In this document: positions 38,108 to 47,818 of the stretch, one piece after another | Layout of the letters: each line of letters opens with the position of its first letter | Numbering within the stretch: position 1 is the stretch's first letter | Assembly (NCBI GenBank): GCA_965228855.1 | Contig: CBDDIJ010000003.1 | Coordinates: forward strand, 288,001-352,000 | Origin: Candidatus Obscuribacterales bacterium | GTDB lineage: Bacteria > Cyanobacteriota > Vampirovibrionia > Obscuribacterales > Obscuribacteraceae | Direction of reading: 5' to 3' | DNA length: 64,000 bases | Made by a program: the position numbers and the translations under genes | Notes under the pieces: model-generated | Database searches by the model: none | The model's input: only the letters and a program-made list of their open reading frames with translations | Told to the model about the DNA's origin: nothing

Positions 38108-39358
38108 ATGGTCGACGATAACAAAACACCAGAGTCGCTCGTTTCAAAAGAGATAAACGTCATCGAAGGTGCTCAACTCGATGCGCGTCCGGTCCCCACT
38201 CTCGATGAACCCGACCTGCCGCACGGTATGCTTGGTCGAATTCTCGTGAAGCTGAATGTAGCGCAGAGCGGCGCGTCCGTCGTGATCAAAAGCGCTCTAT
38301 TCTTCGTTTTGATAGCGTTCTTGCCATTGCTGGTACTTTGTGTTTTTCAGGGAACTGCTCTTCCAGGCTCGGTAAAGGTGCCACTGCTGGGTGACGCCAT
38401 CACGCTTTCTCGCCTGCTTCTGGTCGCGCCAATCTTGATGTTGTCGGACCTGCTGACGCGTCCCTGGCTTATCAAAGTTGCCGAGCACTTCTTAGGCACA
38501 TTCATCGAGGCTGAAGACGTTGATGAATACAAGTCAATGTTCAAGGGCGTCTTTATGATTCGCAATTCTGTTTTGATCGATGGCTCCTTGTTCGTACTGG
38601 CGTTTGTTTCGTCGGTTTTTCAAGCAAGCATGGTTGTTGCGCTGGACATCTCGAGCTGGCAGCTCATAGGCATACACTCTCATCCGGTGCTATCGATACC
38701 TGGTTGGTGGAATGCGGCGATCTCGCAGCCGCTGTTTCGTTTTGTTATTTTGAGCTGGAGTTTCGATTATTTGTTGTGGGTTTACTTCCTGTTCAAAGTA
38801 TCGCGATTCAAACTGAAGGTAATTGCAACCCATCCTGACGGGGCTGGTGGACTGGCTTTTGTGAGTGTTGCTCAGACGCCATTTTGTATATCCGCATTTG
38901 CGTTGTCTGCTGCGATCAGCAGTGTGGTGGCACATGCGGTGCTTTATACACATATGAAACTGCAATCGTTTACCAATCTCGGAATTGTTTTTCTCGCCCT
39001 GATGCTCTTGATCTTTGTTGGACCTCTGATTGTTTTTACTCCGACCCTGTTACGAACGAAGCTGAAATCGGTTTTCTCTTTTGGCGCGTTATGTCACGAA
39101 ATGAGCACACTATTCGCCGCTAAGTGGTTGGTTCCACGCGCCGAAGGAGACCCCAAAATTCTCGATAGTGCAGATTCGTCCGCCCTCGCCGATTTAAATT
39201 CGAGCTATGTAACAATGAGCAGTATGCGTCCGTTCATTTTTAATCACAAATTTGTAGTGACATTTGCAGTCGCATCGGCGCTTCCCGCACTACCATTGGT
39301 GGCAACAGTAATGCCCCTAAAAGATATACTGATGCAAATTTTAAAAGCGCTGACATAG
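38108..39358 (+). CDS. Multi-pass membrane hypothetical protein
   Basis: About 7-8 hydrophobic segments; HPDGAGGLAF and D.SALADL..SY motifs. Confidence 0.8.
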   Translation: MVDDNKTPESLVSKEINVIEGAQLDARPVPTLDEPDLPHGMLGRILVKLNVAQSGASVVIKSALFFVLIAFLPLLVLCVFQGTALPGSVKVPLLGDAITLSRLLLVAPILMLSDLLTRPWLIKVAEHFLGTFIEAEDVDEYKSMFKGVFMIRNSVLIDGSLFVLAFVSSVFQASMVVALDISSWQLIGIHSHPVLSIPGWWNAAISQPLFRFVILSWSFDYLLWVYFLFKVSRFKLKVIATHPDGAGGLAFVSVAQTPFCISAFALSAAISSVVAHAVLYTHMKLQSFTNLGIVFLALMLLIFVGPLIVFTPTLLRTKLKSVFSFGALCHEMSTLFAAKWLVPRAEGDPKILDSADSSALADLNSSYVTMSSMRPFIFNHKFVVTFAVASALPALPLVATVMPLKDILMQILKALT

Positions 39359-39377
39359 CTATATAAAGGAAGGGTGA

Positions 39378-40031
39378 GTGGGTTTTAAGCCATTTCTACA
39401 ATGGAGCGAAGATGACTTAAGGGCGACCTTACCGCAGGAATTCTTTGAGCGGAATACCGTTGAGGTTGCGCGTCATCTGCTGGGCACGGTGTTATGCCGA
39501 CGTCTCCCTGACGGGGCGATTTTGCACGGACAAGTTGTTGAGGTGGAAGCCTACACTCACGATGATCCTGCCTGCCATGCGTTTAAAGGCAAGACACCGC
39601 GCTGCGAGGTGATGTTTGGACCGGGGGGGTTCAGCTATGTCTATTTTATCTACGGTATGTACAACTGTTTAAACGTTGTCACCGAAGTTGATGGCGTCGC
39701 TGGTGCCGTTCTTATTCGGGGAGTAGCTGCCGAAGGCACTAATGGTCCCGGCAAACTTTGTCGACAGTGGAGCATCGACCGATCTCATAATGGGTTGAAC
39801 TTGATGGATCCGGAGTCAGAAATCTGGCTTGCGAAGGGGGTGTCGCTAGCCGACGAAGAGATAATCATCACGCAACGAATAGGATTGTCTGTGGCACAAG
39901 ACCAGATGTGGAGGTTTGCCGCGAAGGATCACCCGAGCGTTTCCGGACCCCGCGCCGCGCGTATATCTTCGGAACCTAAAGCAGAAAAATTGCTCCGTCC
40001 AGTCAAGAGAGTGAAGCGCAATGCCAGGTAA
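39378..40031 (+). CDS. mpg: DNA-3-methyladenine glycosylase
   Basis: VEVEAY...DPACHAF, YVYFIYGMYNCLNVV, AVLIR, NGPGKLC, RIGLS. Confidence 0.95.
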   Translation: MGFKPFLQWSEDDLRATLPQEFFERNTVEVARHLLGTVLCRRLPDGAILHGQVVEVEAYTHDDPACHAFKGKTPRCEVMFGPGGFSYVYFIYGMYNCLNVVTEVDGVAGAVLIRGVAAEGTNGPGKLCRQWSIDRSHNGLNLMDPESEIWLAKGVSLADEEIIITQRIGLSVAQDQMWRFAAKDHPSVSGPRAARISSEPKAEKLLRPVKRVKRNAR

Positions 40032-40512
40032 GCTGGTCCGATGGCTGTGCGTCGTCGCCTGGATGGTAGTCATCTTTGCGTTCTCGCATCAGGCATATTC
40101 TGGAAAAGTAACGGAAAAATATCTTGGTGGCATGAACGTGCCAGTCCGAAAAATGGGACACGTTACAGAATTTATGATTTTGTTTCTCCTCGTGCGATGG
40201 GCACTAGCTGCTCAAAAACGGAGTAGCGAAGATCGCGGTATCATGGGCGGTACCGCAGTCGATACAGAGCAGCGAGTTGCGACTGTTTCACCCACAAAAA
40301 TATTCTTGTCGCCATCAGTTATAGCTTTTGTCTTTGCGATCTCTTATGCGGCGACCGATGAATGGCATCAAAGTTTCGTTCCAGGCAGAAGTTCGAACTG
40401 GACTGATGTTGCTGTTGATGCTAGCGGAGTGACTGTAGGTGCGATTCTTCTGGCGATTGCATTAAGGATCCGCAAGACCACAATAAATCCGTTGGATGTC
40501 CGCAACGAATAG
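40021..40512 (+). CDS. VanZ-family membrane protein
   Basis: WMVVIFAFSHQ, RKMGHVTEF, YAATDEWHQSFVPGRS...DVAVD. Confidence 0.9.
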   Translation: MPGKLVRWLCVVAWMVVIFAFSHQAYSGKVTEKYLGGMNVPVRKMGHVTEFMILFLLVRWALAAQKRSSEDRGIMGGTAVDTEQRVATVSPTKIFLSPSVIAFVFAISYAATDEWHQSFVPGRSSNWTDVAVDASGVTVGAILLAIALRIRKTTINPLDVRNE

Positions 40513-40576
40513 GGATGAGCAACTTTCCAGGGAATGTGGCACAATAATACCGTTCCCGGGAGCGACCGGTAGCCTA

Positions 40577-41125
40577 ATGAAAACATTCGCGTATTTAACT
40601 AGCTCTGCACTTATTTCTTTGTGGCTCCTGCTGCCGCCGTGTGAGGCAGCGGAGAACGTCGTTGAGCCGCCGTTAGAGAGAAGTAAAACGGTCGGGGACT
40701 TCTACGCGACGGATCCAACATTTCATCCCGATGCTCGAGCCCATCGAAATAAACTTTCTAAGGTTCAAAACGACTGGAATTCGTGGAGTCGATTGGTGAC
40801 TCTCTCATTGGTACGGCTTCTGAATGGTGCCCCCATGGAGCCGTTCAAAGGAAAAGAATTGGCTTGTAAGTTCACCTTTTGCATGACGAAAGACCATAAA
40901 GTCAAAGATGCAAAAATCATTGAACCAAGCAAAGATCCCGTGTTCGATCAGGCGGTTCTAACTCGGGTTGTTGAACTGGAAAAATCTCCGGGGCAGTTTC
41001 CGAAAGCGGCAAAGGAGCGCATAGTACGAGTCACGGCAACTTACTCCTCGAAGCCAAGTTTAACTGACGTCGATGTAACAACGCTGAAAGGCGCTTTGTT
41101 GAATAGAAAGGAATCCTCAAAGTAA
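40577..41125 (+). CDS. Exported TonB/TolA C-terminal-domain-like protein
   Basis: Signal peptide from ATG 40577; F.MTKDHKVKDAKIIEPSKDPVFDQAVL pattern. Confidence 0.6.
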   Translation: MKTFAYLTSSALISLWLLLPPCEAAENVVEPPLERSKTVGDFYATDPTFHPDARAHRNKLSKVQNDWNSWSRLVTLSLVRLLNGAPMEPFKGKELACKFTFCMTKDHKVKDAKIIEPSKDPVFDQAVLTRVVELEKSPGQFPKAAKERIVRVTATYSSKPSLTDVDVTTLKGALLNRKESSK

Positions 41126-41757
41126 TGGCTGAAATTAAAGCAGTAATATTCGATTACGGAAACGTTCTATGCCATGAGCATCTTGACTCCGATTTGCAGG
41201 AAATGGCTGAGTGCATCGGCGTGGATTGGCAGGCCTTCAAAGACGCTTACTGGCATTACAGGCTTGATTATGATGCCGGAAAGAGTTTTGACTCTCATTA
41301 TTATCAAATGGTGGCAGAGATGTGTGCCGCTTCAATCACTGCTGAGCAGATCAAACAATGCATTGATTTTGATAACGCAGGTTGGAGCAGACCGAATCAA
41401 CCGATGGTCGATTGGGCTCACAGACTGCGTGCGCATGGAACCAAAATTGCCATCCTCTCAAACATGCCGCAGGATTTTCGAGATTTCTTTTCCACTTGTA
41501 CGTGGTTGCCTGAATTTCATCACTCCACTTTCTCTTGTGAGTTGAAATCTGTGAAACCGTCCCCTGAGATTTATCATCACTCCATTAATGGCTTAGGTGT
41601 ACCCGCAGAGAACGTCCTATTCATTGATGATCGCCTGCCCAATATCGAGGCGGCGAAAGAACTGGGTTGGCACGGATTCGCGTTTACAAACGCAAGGGAC
41701 TTGCATGAGTTCATCAAGGATACAAATCTTCCGGCTGTACTTTTGGAAAATAACTGA
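41125..41757 (+). CDS. HAD-family phosphatase
   Basis: AVIFDYGNVL, ILSN, KPSPEIY, FIDDR. Confidence 0.93.
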   Translation: MAEIKAVIFDYGNVLCHEHLDSDLQEMAECIGVDWQAFKDAYWHYRLDYDAGKSFDSHYYQMVAEMCAASITAEQIKQCIDFDNAGWSRPNQPMVDWAHRLRAHGTKIAILSNMPQDFRDFFSTCTWLPEFHHSTFSCELKSVKPSPEIYHHSINGLGVPAENVLFIDDRLPNIEAAKELGWHGFAFTNARDLHEFIKDTNLPAVLLENN

Positions 41758-42244
41758 TCTGCCGTTGTGCGGTGAATCTAAAGAAGCTGCAAAAGCAAAA
41801 TTGCAAAATAACTTTTGAGTTTTAAAAATATCAAAAGCTTTCAATTTTTAATTGTGGTAACTACGTAGTTCGATTTTGATATTGACCGAAAACGGCATGA
41901 AAAGCCGTCCAATTAACTTGTCAAAGTAATTTGCCGGATGGCATACTGAAAATCACGCACACAGATGTCGCTATGCAAGCGGGTGAAGCGTTCAATCCGA
42001 TGGACAGCTGAAATTCGTTGATAGAACCCCCGATGTCTCTCGTTTGTTGGAGAAAGCAAACGTAAGGCCCCTTAAAATCCTTTACTATCAACACAGGTTC
42101 TGCCATCACCAATAGTGCAGCATAAGAAGTTGAGTTTGTGTGGAAACGCACCGGACTCCGCTCTCTCAATGGGAAAGACTGGGGCTCTCTTCGACTTGCG
42201 GAAGTCGAACATCCGGGTCTGGAGTGAAATAGGAATCTGAGTTC

Positions 42245-45200
42245 ATGGATCAAATCGAAAGTACCAAGACGCAATTTTCGCCGGAGAATCCATACCGGCC
42301 AAATTTCAACGAACTGATACCATCCGTATCAGATCTACGTCGTCCAGAACAGACGCCAGCGACCTCAAATGAAAACGACACCAGGGATAGTTCTACCTCG
42401 ACTATACCTGATACAAGCAAGGCTCCCCGCCCGGGCGGTGTTCCAAGTCTTAAGCTATCTGAGGGCACAGATGTTTTTCTGCCCGACATGAGTTGGGATG
42501 TACTGGACAAAGGCACCATTCCTGGCGCCGTGTCACCAGCGGACTCACCTGACAAAGGTGATGTCTCGCCGAAGCCCGCAGTGCCAGGCGCAGAACCGAA
42601 GCCCTCAGTTCCCGAGGTTTCAGCGAAGCCATCAGTTCCCGAGGTTTCGCCGAAGCCCTCAGCTCCCGAAGCCTCACCAAAGCCATCTGTTCCCGAAGCC
42701 ACACCGGCAGCTCCCAGAGATGGTGGCACTGTTCGTCCGCCTGCCCCTGGTGACAATAGCGGTGTCGTGACGCGTAAGCAGGAGATCACTTCGGACAAGC
42801 ATGGTAACGTCGCTACTGTGAAGTTACCCGACGGATCGTCGCGCACATATAAATTTGATGAGTCTGGCAAGGAGATTTTGCAAATTACCGACCGCATCAA
42901 ATCTCCAGCTGGCGAGCGGGTGGAGGAGTGGACAAGACAGGCTGATCCAACGACTGGGAAGTTTGGAGAGAAATTTAGTAGAACGCAGCCCGCAGGGTCT
43001 AATGAAGTTCGCGACAAGGTCAAGCAACTGCCCGACGGGAGCTACGAGTATTCCGACGCTAAAGGCGAACGCAAAACCTCGCAAGTTTCCATGCAGGGAG
43101 ACGCGAAGCCCGATACTCCCTGGAAAGCTGATGTTAAGCGCGATGAGAAAGGACGTTTTTCATCGATTGAGAACGAACGTTTCAAGAGAGAGTATCAATA
43201 TTTTGAAGGCACTACCAAGATCAAGTCTTATCACGTAGTTGATAAACAATCGGGTCAGAGTGCTACCTGGTCACGTTCCGCACCAGAATCCGCGAATTGG
43301 ACTGCTCAAACAGGTGACGGTCGTACCGCTACCCTGCAGGGCGAGTTTGCCGTGACCGATGACGGAGTTCATGTCGTTCAGCGACTTTCGTGCAGCTGGG
43401 GTGAAGGGAAGGACAATTATGCGTTTCTTGGTAACGGCACCAAAGTTGGTATCAAGGCAACCGATGGGAATGGTTTAACCGCAGCCGATGGTTCGACCTC
43501 GCGATACGTGAAACGAGCGGACGGTAGCACGGTTTCTTACACCTCGTACGACAACAAGCAAATTTCTGTTTACGACGCATCCACGAAAACGCGCACCAAC
43601 TGGACGCAAGGCGCTGATGGTCTGTGGAAATCTGACTCCCCGTACGAACCCGAGGCTCGCAAGGACCTAAGCTTCAACGATAAGGGGGAACTCAGTTATG
43701 TCGACAAGGATGGCAGCACACGAACTCGGACGCTTGCCGGTGAGGAGATAGTCGGCAAAAAAGATGGATCGAAATTGGTTTATGACCGACAGGGTAAGCT
43801 GTCGAAAGTCATCTACGGAGATGTGACCAGAACATTCCAGAAAGACGAGAAGGGTTCAATCAAAGCTGTCCAGGAGGTTAATGCGAAGGGGGAGTCGAAG
43901 ACCATCTTCCCTCCAGCTTTGAAGCCTGGTGAAAAATTCGAAGATGCAAAATTGAGCGAAGACGGGGACCTCACCTATGTAGTTAAAGATACCGGTGGTA
44001 ATACCGTTAAAAAGGTCAACGAGCGTTCCAATGGCATGACGCTCGACCATGACAAAGATAACGCCTTAATTAGAGCGAGCAAACCTAATGGTGTATCAAG
44101 GAGTTTTGAATACGCGGGCAACGGTGAGAAGAAGCAATTAATCTCAGTCACAGACACGCGTGTGACTAAGGATGGTGCGAAGTCTACGGTCTGGGCGCGT
44201 CAAGCTCAAGCCGACGGCAGCTTTAGCGAAGATTTCCACAGCAAAGACGACAAAGGTAAAGAGAGACCAAGTCGCAAAATCGGCAACGTTCTTCCCGATG
44301 GGAAGTACGAATACGTGACCAAGGATTCGAAGCCTGGTGACAAACCGCGCATTCAGTCTCTGGGTGGTGGCGATGGTGGTTTCTCTGATTCTGTCGACGA
44401 GTCGCGTCAGAACCTGCTTGAGTCGATGGAGAAGGGTCTTGATGAACCACGCCTGAAGCGCATGGAAGAGATGATGAAGGCTTACGAACAGCGAATGACC
44501 GACCGTGCTGTCGCTCGAAAGCTGGCTGGTGTCACCGCGCCTGATGCTATAGACGATGATGTTTCTAAGACGGTCTCGCGAACCTACGACAATATCGCGC
44601 AAATGGTCAATAACGATGACCCTAATAGTTTCTACAGTAAGGAGCAGCGAGCTTTTCTGGCAGAGAACTTTATGTACCATGCACAAGATCCGACTACGAT
44701 GGATCAGGGTGCGGCAGACAATCGGGACTGGCAAGGGCACGGCACTTGCTGGATTCAATCCGCTCATATTTGGGGCATGACCCAACGAACCGATCACATG
44801 GCCGACTTGTTGAAACAGGTTTCGTTAACAGGTTCGTACACAACTAAAAATAGTGGTGCCGCAGGAGAACAACCTAAGACGGTTACTTTCTCTAAAGACT
44901 ATTTGAAGTTTCCTGATGGATTCCAGGAAACAAATTGGTCGATCAGTAAGGCCACCGATACCTGGGATCGGCAGCCGGGTTTCATGCGTCAATGCGACGG
45001 AGATCGAAGCCCGGTCGGCAAGATATTTGATTATACGATGCCCGTGATAGGAAACCGTTCGCAAGACCCGCGCGCCATGGATGGTGGCACGCACAAATCG
45101 TTCACTACTACCGGAGGTCGCTGGTACGTTGGTAACGCCGAGATTATGCAGATGGTGACAGGCGACCAACCTTGTGACATCAAAATGGGCGACCATGGAG

Positions 45201-45667
45201 AAGGGACCCTTATCAATAACGACTTCAGAAAGACGCTTTTGGAGAAAGGAACCGTTCTTAATTACAGTCCCGGACACGCGAAGTCGATTGCATTGAAGAA
45301 TATTGAGGGCACCTGGTGCATCGTGCAAGATAACCAGCACGGCGAAAATGATGACCGTATCATCGCCAAAATTACTGACATTCAAGCTTGGGCGCGCGGC
45401 GATAGAAACGCTGAGCAGCAGGTCAACGAGGCGGTAAATCAACGCAAGTACAAGCTGGATACGGATAGTACCATTCGCGGTATCGTCAAGCCCACGTCTG
45501 ATGACACCTCTAATAATCAACGATATAACTCCGCTTCCAACGGTAGCTACTATCCAGGTCAGAATCAGGGTGCCTACCCGCAACCAGGCTATCCGCAGCC
45601 GAGTTACCCTCAACCGGGTTACTATCCGCAGCCCGGGCATGTCCGCATGAGAGGGCGGTGGCGCTAA
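42245..45667 (+). CDS. Large hypothetical protein: Pro-rich repeats, YD/RHS-like hairpin repeats, C-terminal papain-like domain
   Basis: PEVSPKPS repeats; PDGSSRTYKFD / PNGVSRSFEY hairpins; DQG...GTCW, GHAKSI, QDNQHG; YPQPG tail. Confidence 0.7.
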   Translation: MDQIESTKTQFSPENPYRPNFNELIPSVSDLRRPEQTPATSNENDTRDSSTSTIPDTSKAPRPGGVPSLKLSEGTDVFLPDMSWDVLDKGTIPGAVSPADSPDKGDVSPKPAVPGAEPKPSVPEVSAKPSVPEVSPKPSAPEASPKPSVPEATPAAPRDGGTVRPPAPGDNSGVVTRKQEITSDKHGNVATVKLPDGSSRTYKFDESGKEILQITDRIKSPAGERVEEWTRQADPTTGKFGEKFSRTQPAGSNEVRDKVKQLPDGSYEYSDAKGERKTSQVSMQGDAKPDTPWKADVKRDEKGRFSSIENERFKREYQYFEGTTKIKSYHVVDKQSGQSATWSRSAPESANWTAQTGDGRTATLQGEFAVTDDGVHVVQRLSCSWGEGKDNYAFLGNGTKVGIKATDGNGLTAADGSTSRYVKRADGSTVSYTSYDNKQISVYDASTKTRTNWTQGADGLWKSDSPYEPEARKDLSFNDKGELSYVDKDGSTRTRTLAGEEIVGKKDGSKLVYDRQGKLSKVIYGDVTRTFQKDEKGSIKAVQEVNAKGESKTIFPPALKPGEKFEDAKLSEDGDLTYVVKDTGGNTVKKVNERSNGMTLDHDKDNALIRASKPNGVSRSFEYAGNGEKKQLISVTDTRVTKDGAKSTVWARQAQADGSFSEDFHSKDDKGKERPSRKIGNVLPDGKYEYVTKDSKPGDKPRIQSLGGGDGGFSDSVDESRQNLLESMEKGLDEPRLKRMEEMMKAYEQRMTDRAVARKLAGVTAPDAIDDDVSKTVSRTYDNIAQMVNNDDPNSFYSKEQRAFLAENFMYHAQDPTTMDQGAADNRDWQGHGTCWIQSAHIWGMTQRTDHMADLLKQVSLTGSYTTKNSGAAGEQPKTVTFSKDYLKFPDGFQETNWSISKATDTWDRQPGFMRQCDGDRSPVGKIFDYTMPVIGNRSQDPRAMDGGTHKSFTTTGGRWYVGNAEIMQMVTGDQPCDIKMGDHGEGTLINNDFRKTLLEKGTVLNYSPGHAKSIALKNIEGTWCIVQDNQHGENDDRIIAKITDIQAWARGDRNAEQQVNEAVNQRKYKLDTDSTIRGIVKPTSDDTSNNQRYNSASNGSYYPGQNQGAYPQPGYPQPSYPQPGYYPQPGHVRMRGRWR
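42568..42705 (+). repeat. 24-bp coding repeat (PKPSVPEV-like), about 5 copies
   Basis: CCGAAGCCCTCAGTTCCCGAGGTTT variants. Confidence 0.85.
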
Positions 45668-45731
45668 CTATAGGAATTAACGAAGTGCCACCAGGAAACT
45701 ATTTTTTGACAGACGATCGGAGGATATAGAT

Positions 45732-46412
45732 TTGTCGATTTCGGTTCAAAGCCAGACACCAATGAAAGTAAAGGGCACTAAAGCTCTTGCTGCTCGTATT
45801 CGTAGTGCAGGTCGAGATGACTTCGAGCGCACGGAGCGCAACGCGGGTAAGGTCGACATCGATAACGACCTGAGCTTCGATCCTTTCGACCATCTTACTA
45901 ACAGTGTACTCGCGCTATCCGTTACCGGGCAATTTGATTTTTTGGATCCGCTCAGTTCAAACGCTTCGACAACGCCTGACTTCATGCAGATATTCGCTCA
46001 TCAGATGATGGTGGAATTTGGTACCGATAATGGTGCGTTTCTGATCGAGCGGTTTCAAAAAGGGAATGTTTCTCCGCGCATGAACAAGCAAATTGAAGCG
46101 ATTCGTGAGTACGTCGCTGGTGTTTACCGCAGGCAATATTTGAACAAGCACCGGGAAGTCCTGGATGTTGTATCTACGCTCTATCGCGAAGCTTATCGCA
46201 AAGGGGGCTTGTCTCAGGTTGACCAGGCAATTGCACATGTAAATGACAGGTTACGATTGGCCGGTGCGCGTTTTGGTTTCGGCCCCGGAACCGCCTGTAT
46301 GGAAGGCGATAACGGCACCACCGAATGGATTGCGATCATCTTTTCTGACCTTGAACGCGAGGAGTTTATCGCACTCGAGTGGTGTCACATTCAGAATCAG
46401 CCAGCGCTGTAG
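45732..46412 (+). CDS. Hypothetical protein
   Basis: 226-aa ORF with GGAGGA RBS before TTG; no motif recognised. Confidence 0.65.
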   Translation: MSISVQSQTPMKVKGTKALAARIRSAGRDDFERTERNAGKVDIDNDLSFDPFDHLTNSVLALSVTGQFDFLDPLSSNASTTPDFMQIFAHQMMVEFGTDNGAFLIERFQKGNVSPRMNKQIEAIREYVAGVYRRQYLNKHREVLDVVSTLYREAYRKGGLSQVDQAIAHVNDRLRLAGARFGFGPGTACMEGDNGTTEWIAIIFSDLEREEFIALEWCHIQNQPAL

Positions 46413-46413
46413 C

Positions 46414-46773
46414 TTACTTCTTCATCATGAAAATGCCACGCGCACGCTTGGCGTGTTTTTCAGCCTCGCTCTCTCGATTGCAGGCGCGAAGCATCGTCGC
46501 ATAATTTTCGAGAATCGAAACCAATCCGTCGCTGAAGGGACCATCTGACTTTTCCTTAGCCATGATTGCGCGCTTATATACAGGGTCCGCGTCATCATAT
46601 CGACCTTGAGCGCGTAAACAGTTCGCAAGGTTGTTTAAACTCGTCGCCAGCTTCGGATCCTTTTCGCCCATTTTTTCGGCTTCAGTGACGGCCAACAAAA
46701 AGTGCTTTTCCGCCTCGGCTTGCTTGCCCTGGGACATCGCCTGTTGACCGGCTACGTTATATCGCTCCCACAT
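46414..46773 (-). CDS. Small TPR protein (kinesin-light-chain-like repeats)
   Basis: LATSLNNLANCLRAQGRYDDADPVYKRAI..KEK. Confidence 0.85.
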   Translation of the reverse strand: MWERYNVAGQQAMSQGKQAEAEKHFLLAVTEAEKMGEKDPKLATSLNNLANCLRAQGRYDDADPVYKRAIMAKEKSDGPFSDGLVSILENYATMLRACNRESEAEKHAKRARGIFMMKK

Positions 46774-46823
46774 GGTTCGTGCCTCGCTGAAAGTTCACAA
46801 CAAGGTTGTTCCCTGCGATGCGA

Positions 46824-47804
46824 TCATTTGACCACATTACCTTGAACCGAGCGACGAATTAATTTGCCGGCTTCTTTTTGTTTGTCTCCGCCAAGCATTT
46901 TGCTCTGAATTTTCAACATCTCGTATTCTTCGCGGAGTCTACCGAATTCACGCGCAAGTTTTTCCTCCTCGCGCTGCCGCACTGATTCGTTTGCGGTGGC
47001 CGCTAAGTTTGCTGCTACCATGTTGCGACTTTCTTGCACCAATGCATTGTTGTTGCGCAACTCTTGCATGCTTGAGGCCAATTTTTGTTCGTCGGCTCGG
47101 AGCATATTCGCGATGTGACTTGCTTCACCGGCGGTGGCTTGAAGCGCTCCGCAAATGTGCGGCGGTTCGATTGTGTTTAGCCCATTGACGTGAAACTGAT
47201 TGCAATGCAGATCGTATAACTGACGTTGCTGATCGTAGGTCGCTTGAGCACGTTGGCACTCACCGATGGTGGTGCGGAAGACATTCAAATTATACTTGTA
47301 TCTGTCGGCGTGATTAACGAAGGTCTGCAGGTCTTTTGTGTAGTCGCGGACGGCCGATTGCAATGCTGCGCCCGAAAGCTTCGGCGGCGCAACAGCCGGC
47401 ATGCCGTTTTGCATCATGTTCGCGGAGCCCTTCAGCGTTTTCGCAATCAGAAGTTGATTTTGCATTTTTTCGTGCAGCTCTTTTCCTGCACGGATGAAAT
47501 CTCGATTCTCCTCTATCAAATATCTCGCCTGCAGAAACCGCTTCGGGTCGCACCCTGGTTCCGGAATGTCAAACGTAAAGTCTTCGTTTTTGTCCGTTGC
47601 TTTTGCCGAGCAGCAGCTGTCGCTGTTACTACCGCGAGCTAAACCTTCTACGCTGACACTTGATGCGGTCCGAGAAGTCGAATCTCTTCGAGTCAGTGAT
47701 GCACCGTCAACGGTGTCAGCAAAAGTTGGCGCTTGAAGAGAGACGATTACCGACGAAGCCGCCATCAGCGCCATCATGTATCGAAGTCGGTTTGTTGCCT
47801 TCAT
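46824..47804 (-). CDS. Exported coiled-coil hypothetical protein
   Basis: AGGAG RBS; signal peptide (PTFA); long helices; LHCNQFH...PHIC motif. Confidence 0.75.
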   Translation of the reverse strand: MKATNRLRYMMALMAASSVIVSLQAPTFADTVDGASLTRRDSTSRTASSVSVEGLARGSNSDSCCSAKATDKNEDFTFDIPEPGCDPKRFLQARYLIEENRDFIRAGKELHEKMQNQLLIAKTLKGSANMMQNGMPAVAPPKLSGAALQSAVRDYTKDLQTFVNHADRYKYNLNVFRTTIGECQRAQATYDQQRQLYDLHCNQFHVNGLNTIEPPHICGALQATAGEASHIANMLRADEQKLASSMQELRNNNALVQESRNMVAANLAATANESVRQREEEKLAREFGRLREEYEMLKIQSKMLGGDKQKEAGKLIRRSVQGNVVK

Positions 47805-47818
47805 AGCTTTCTCCTTTG

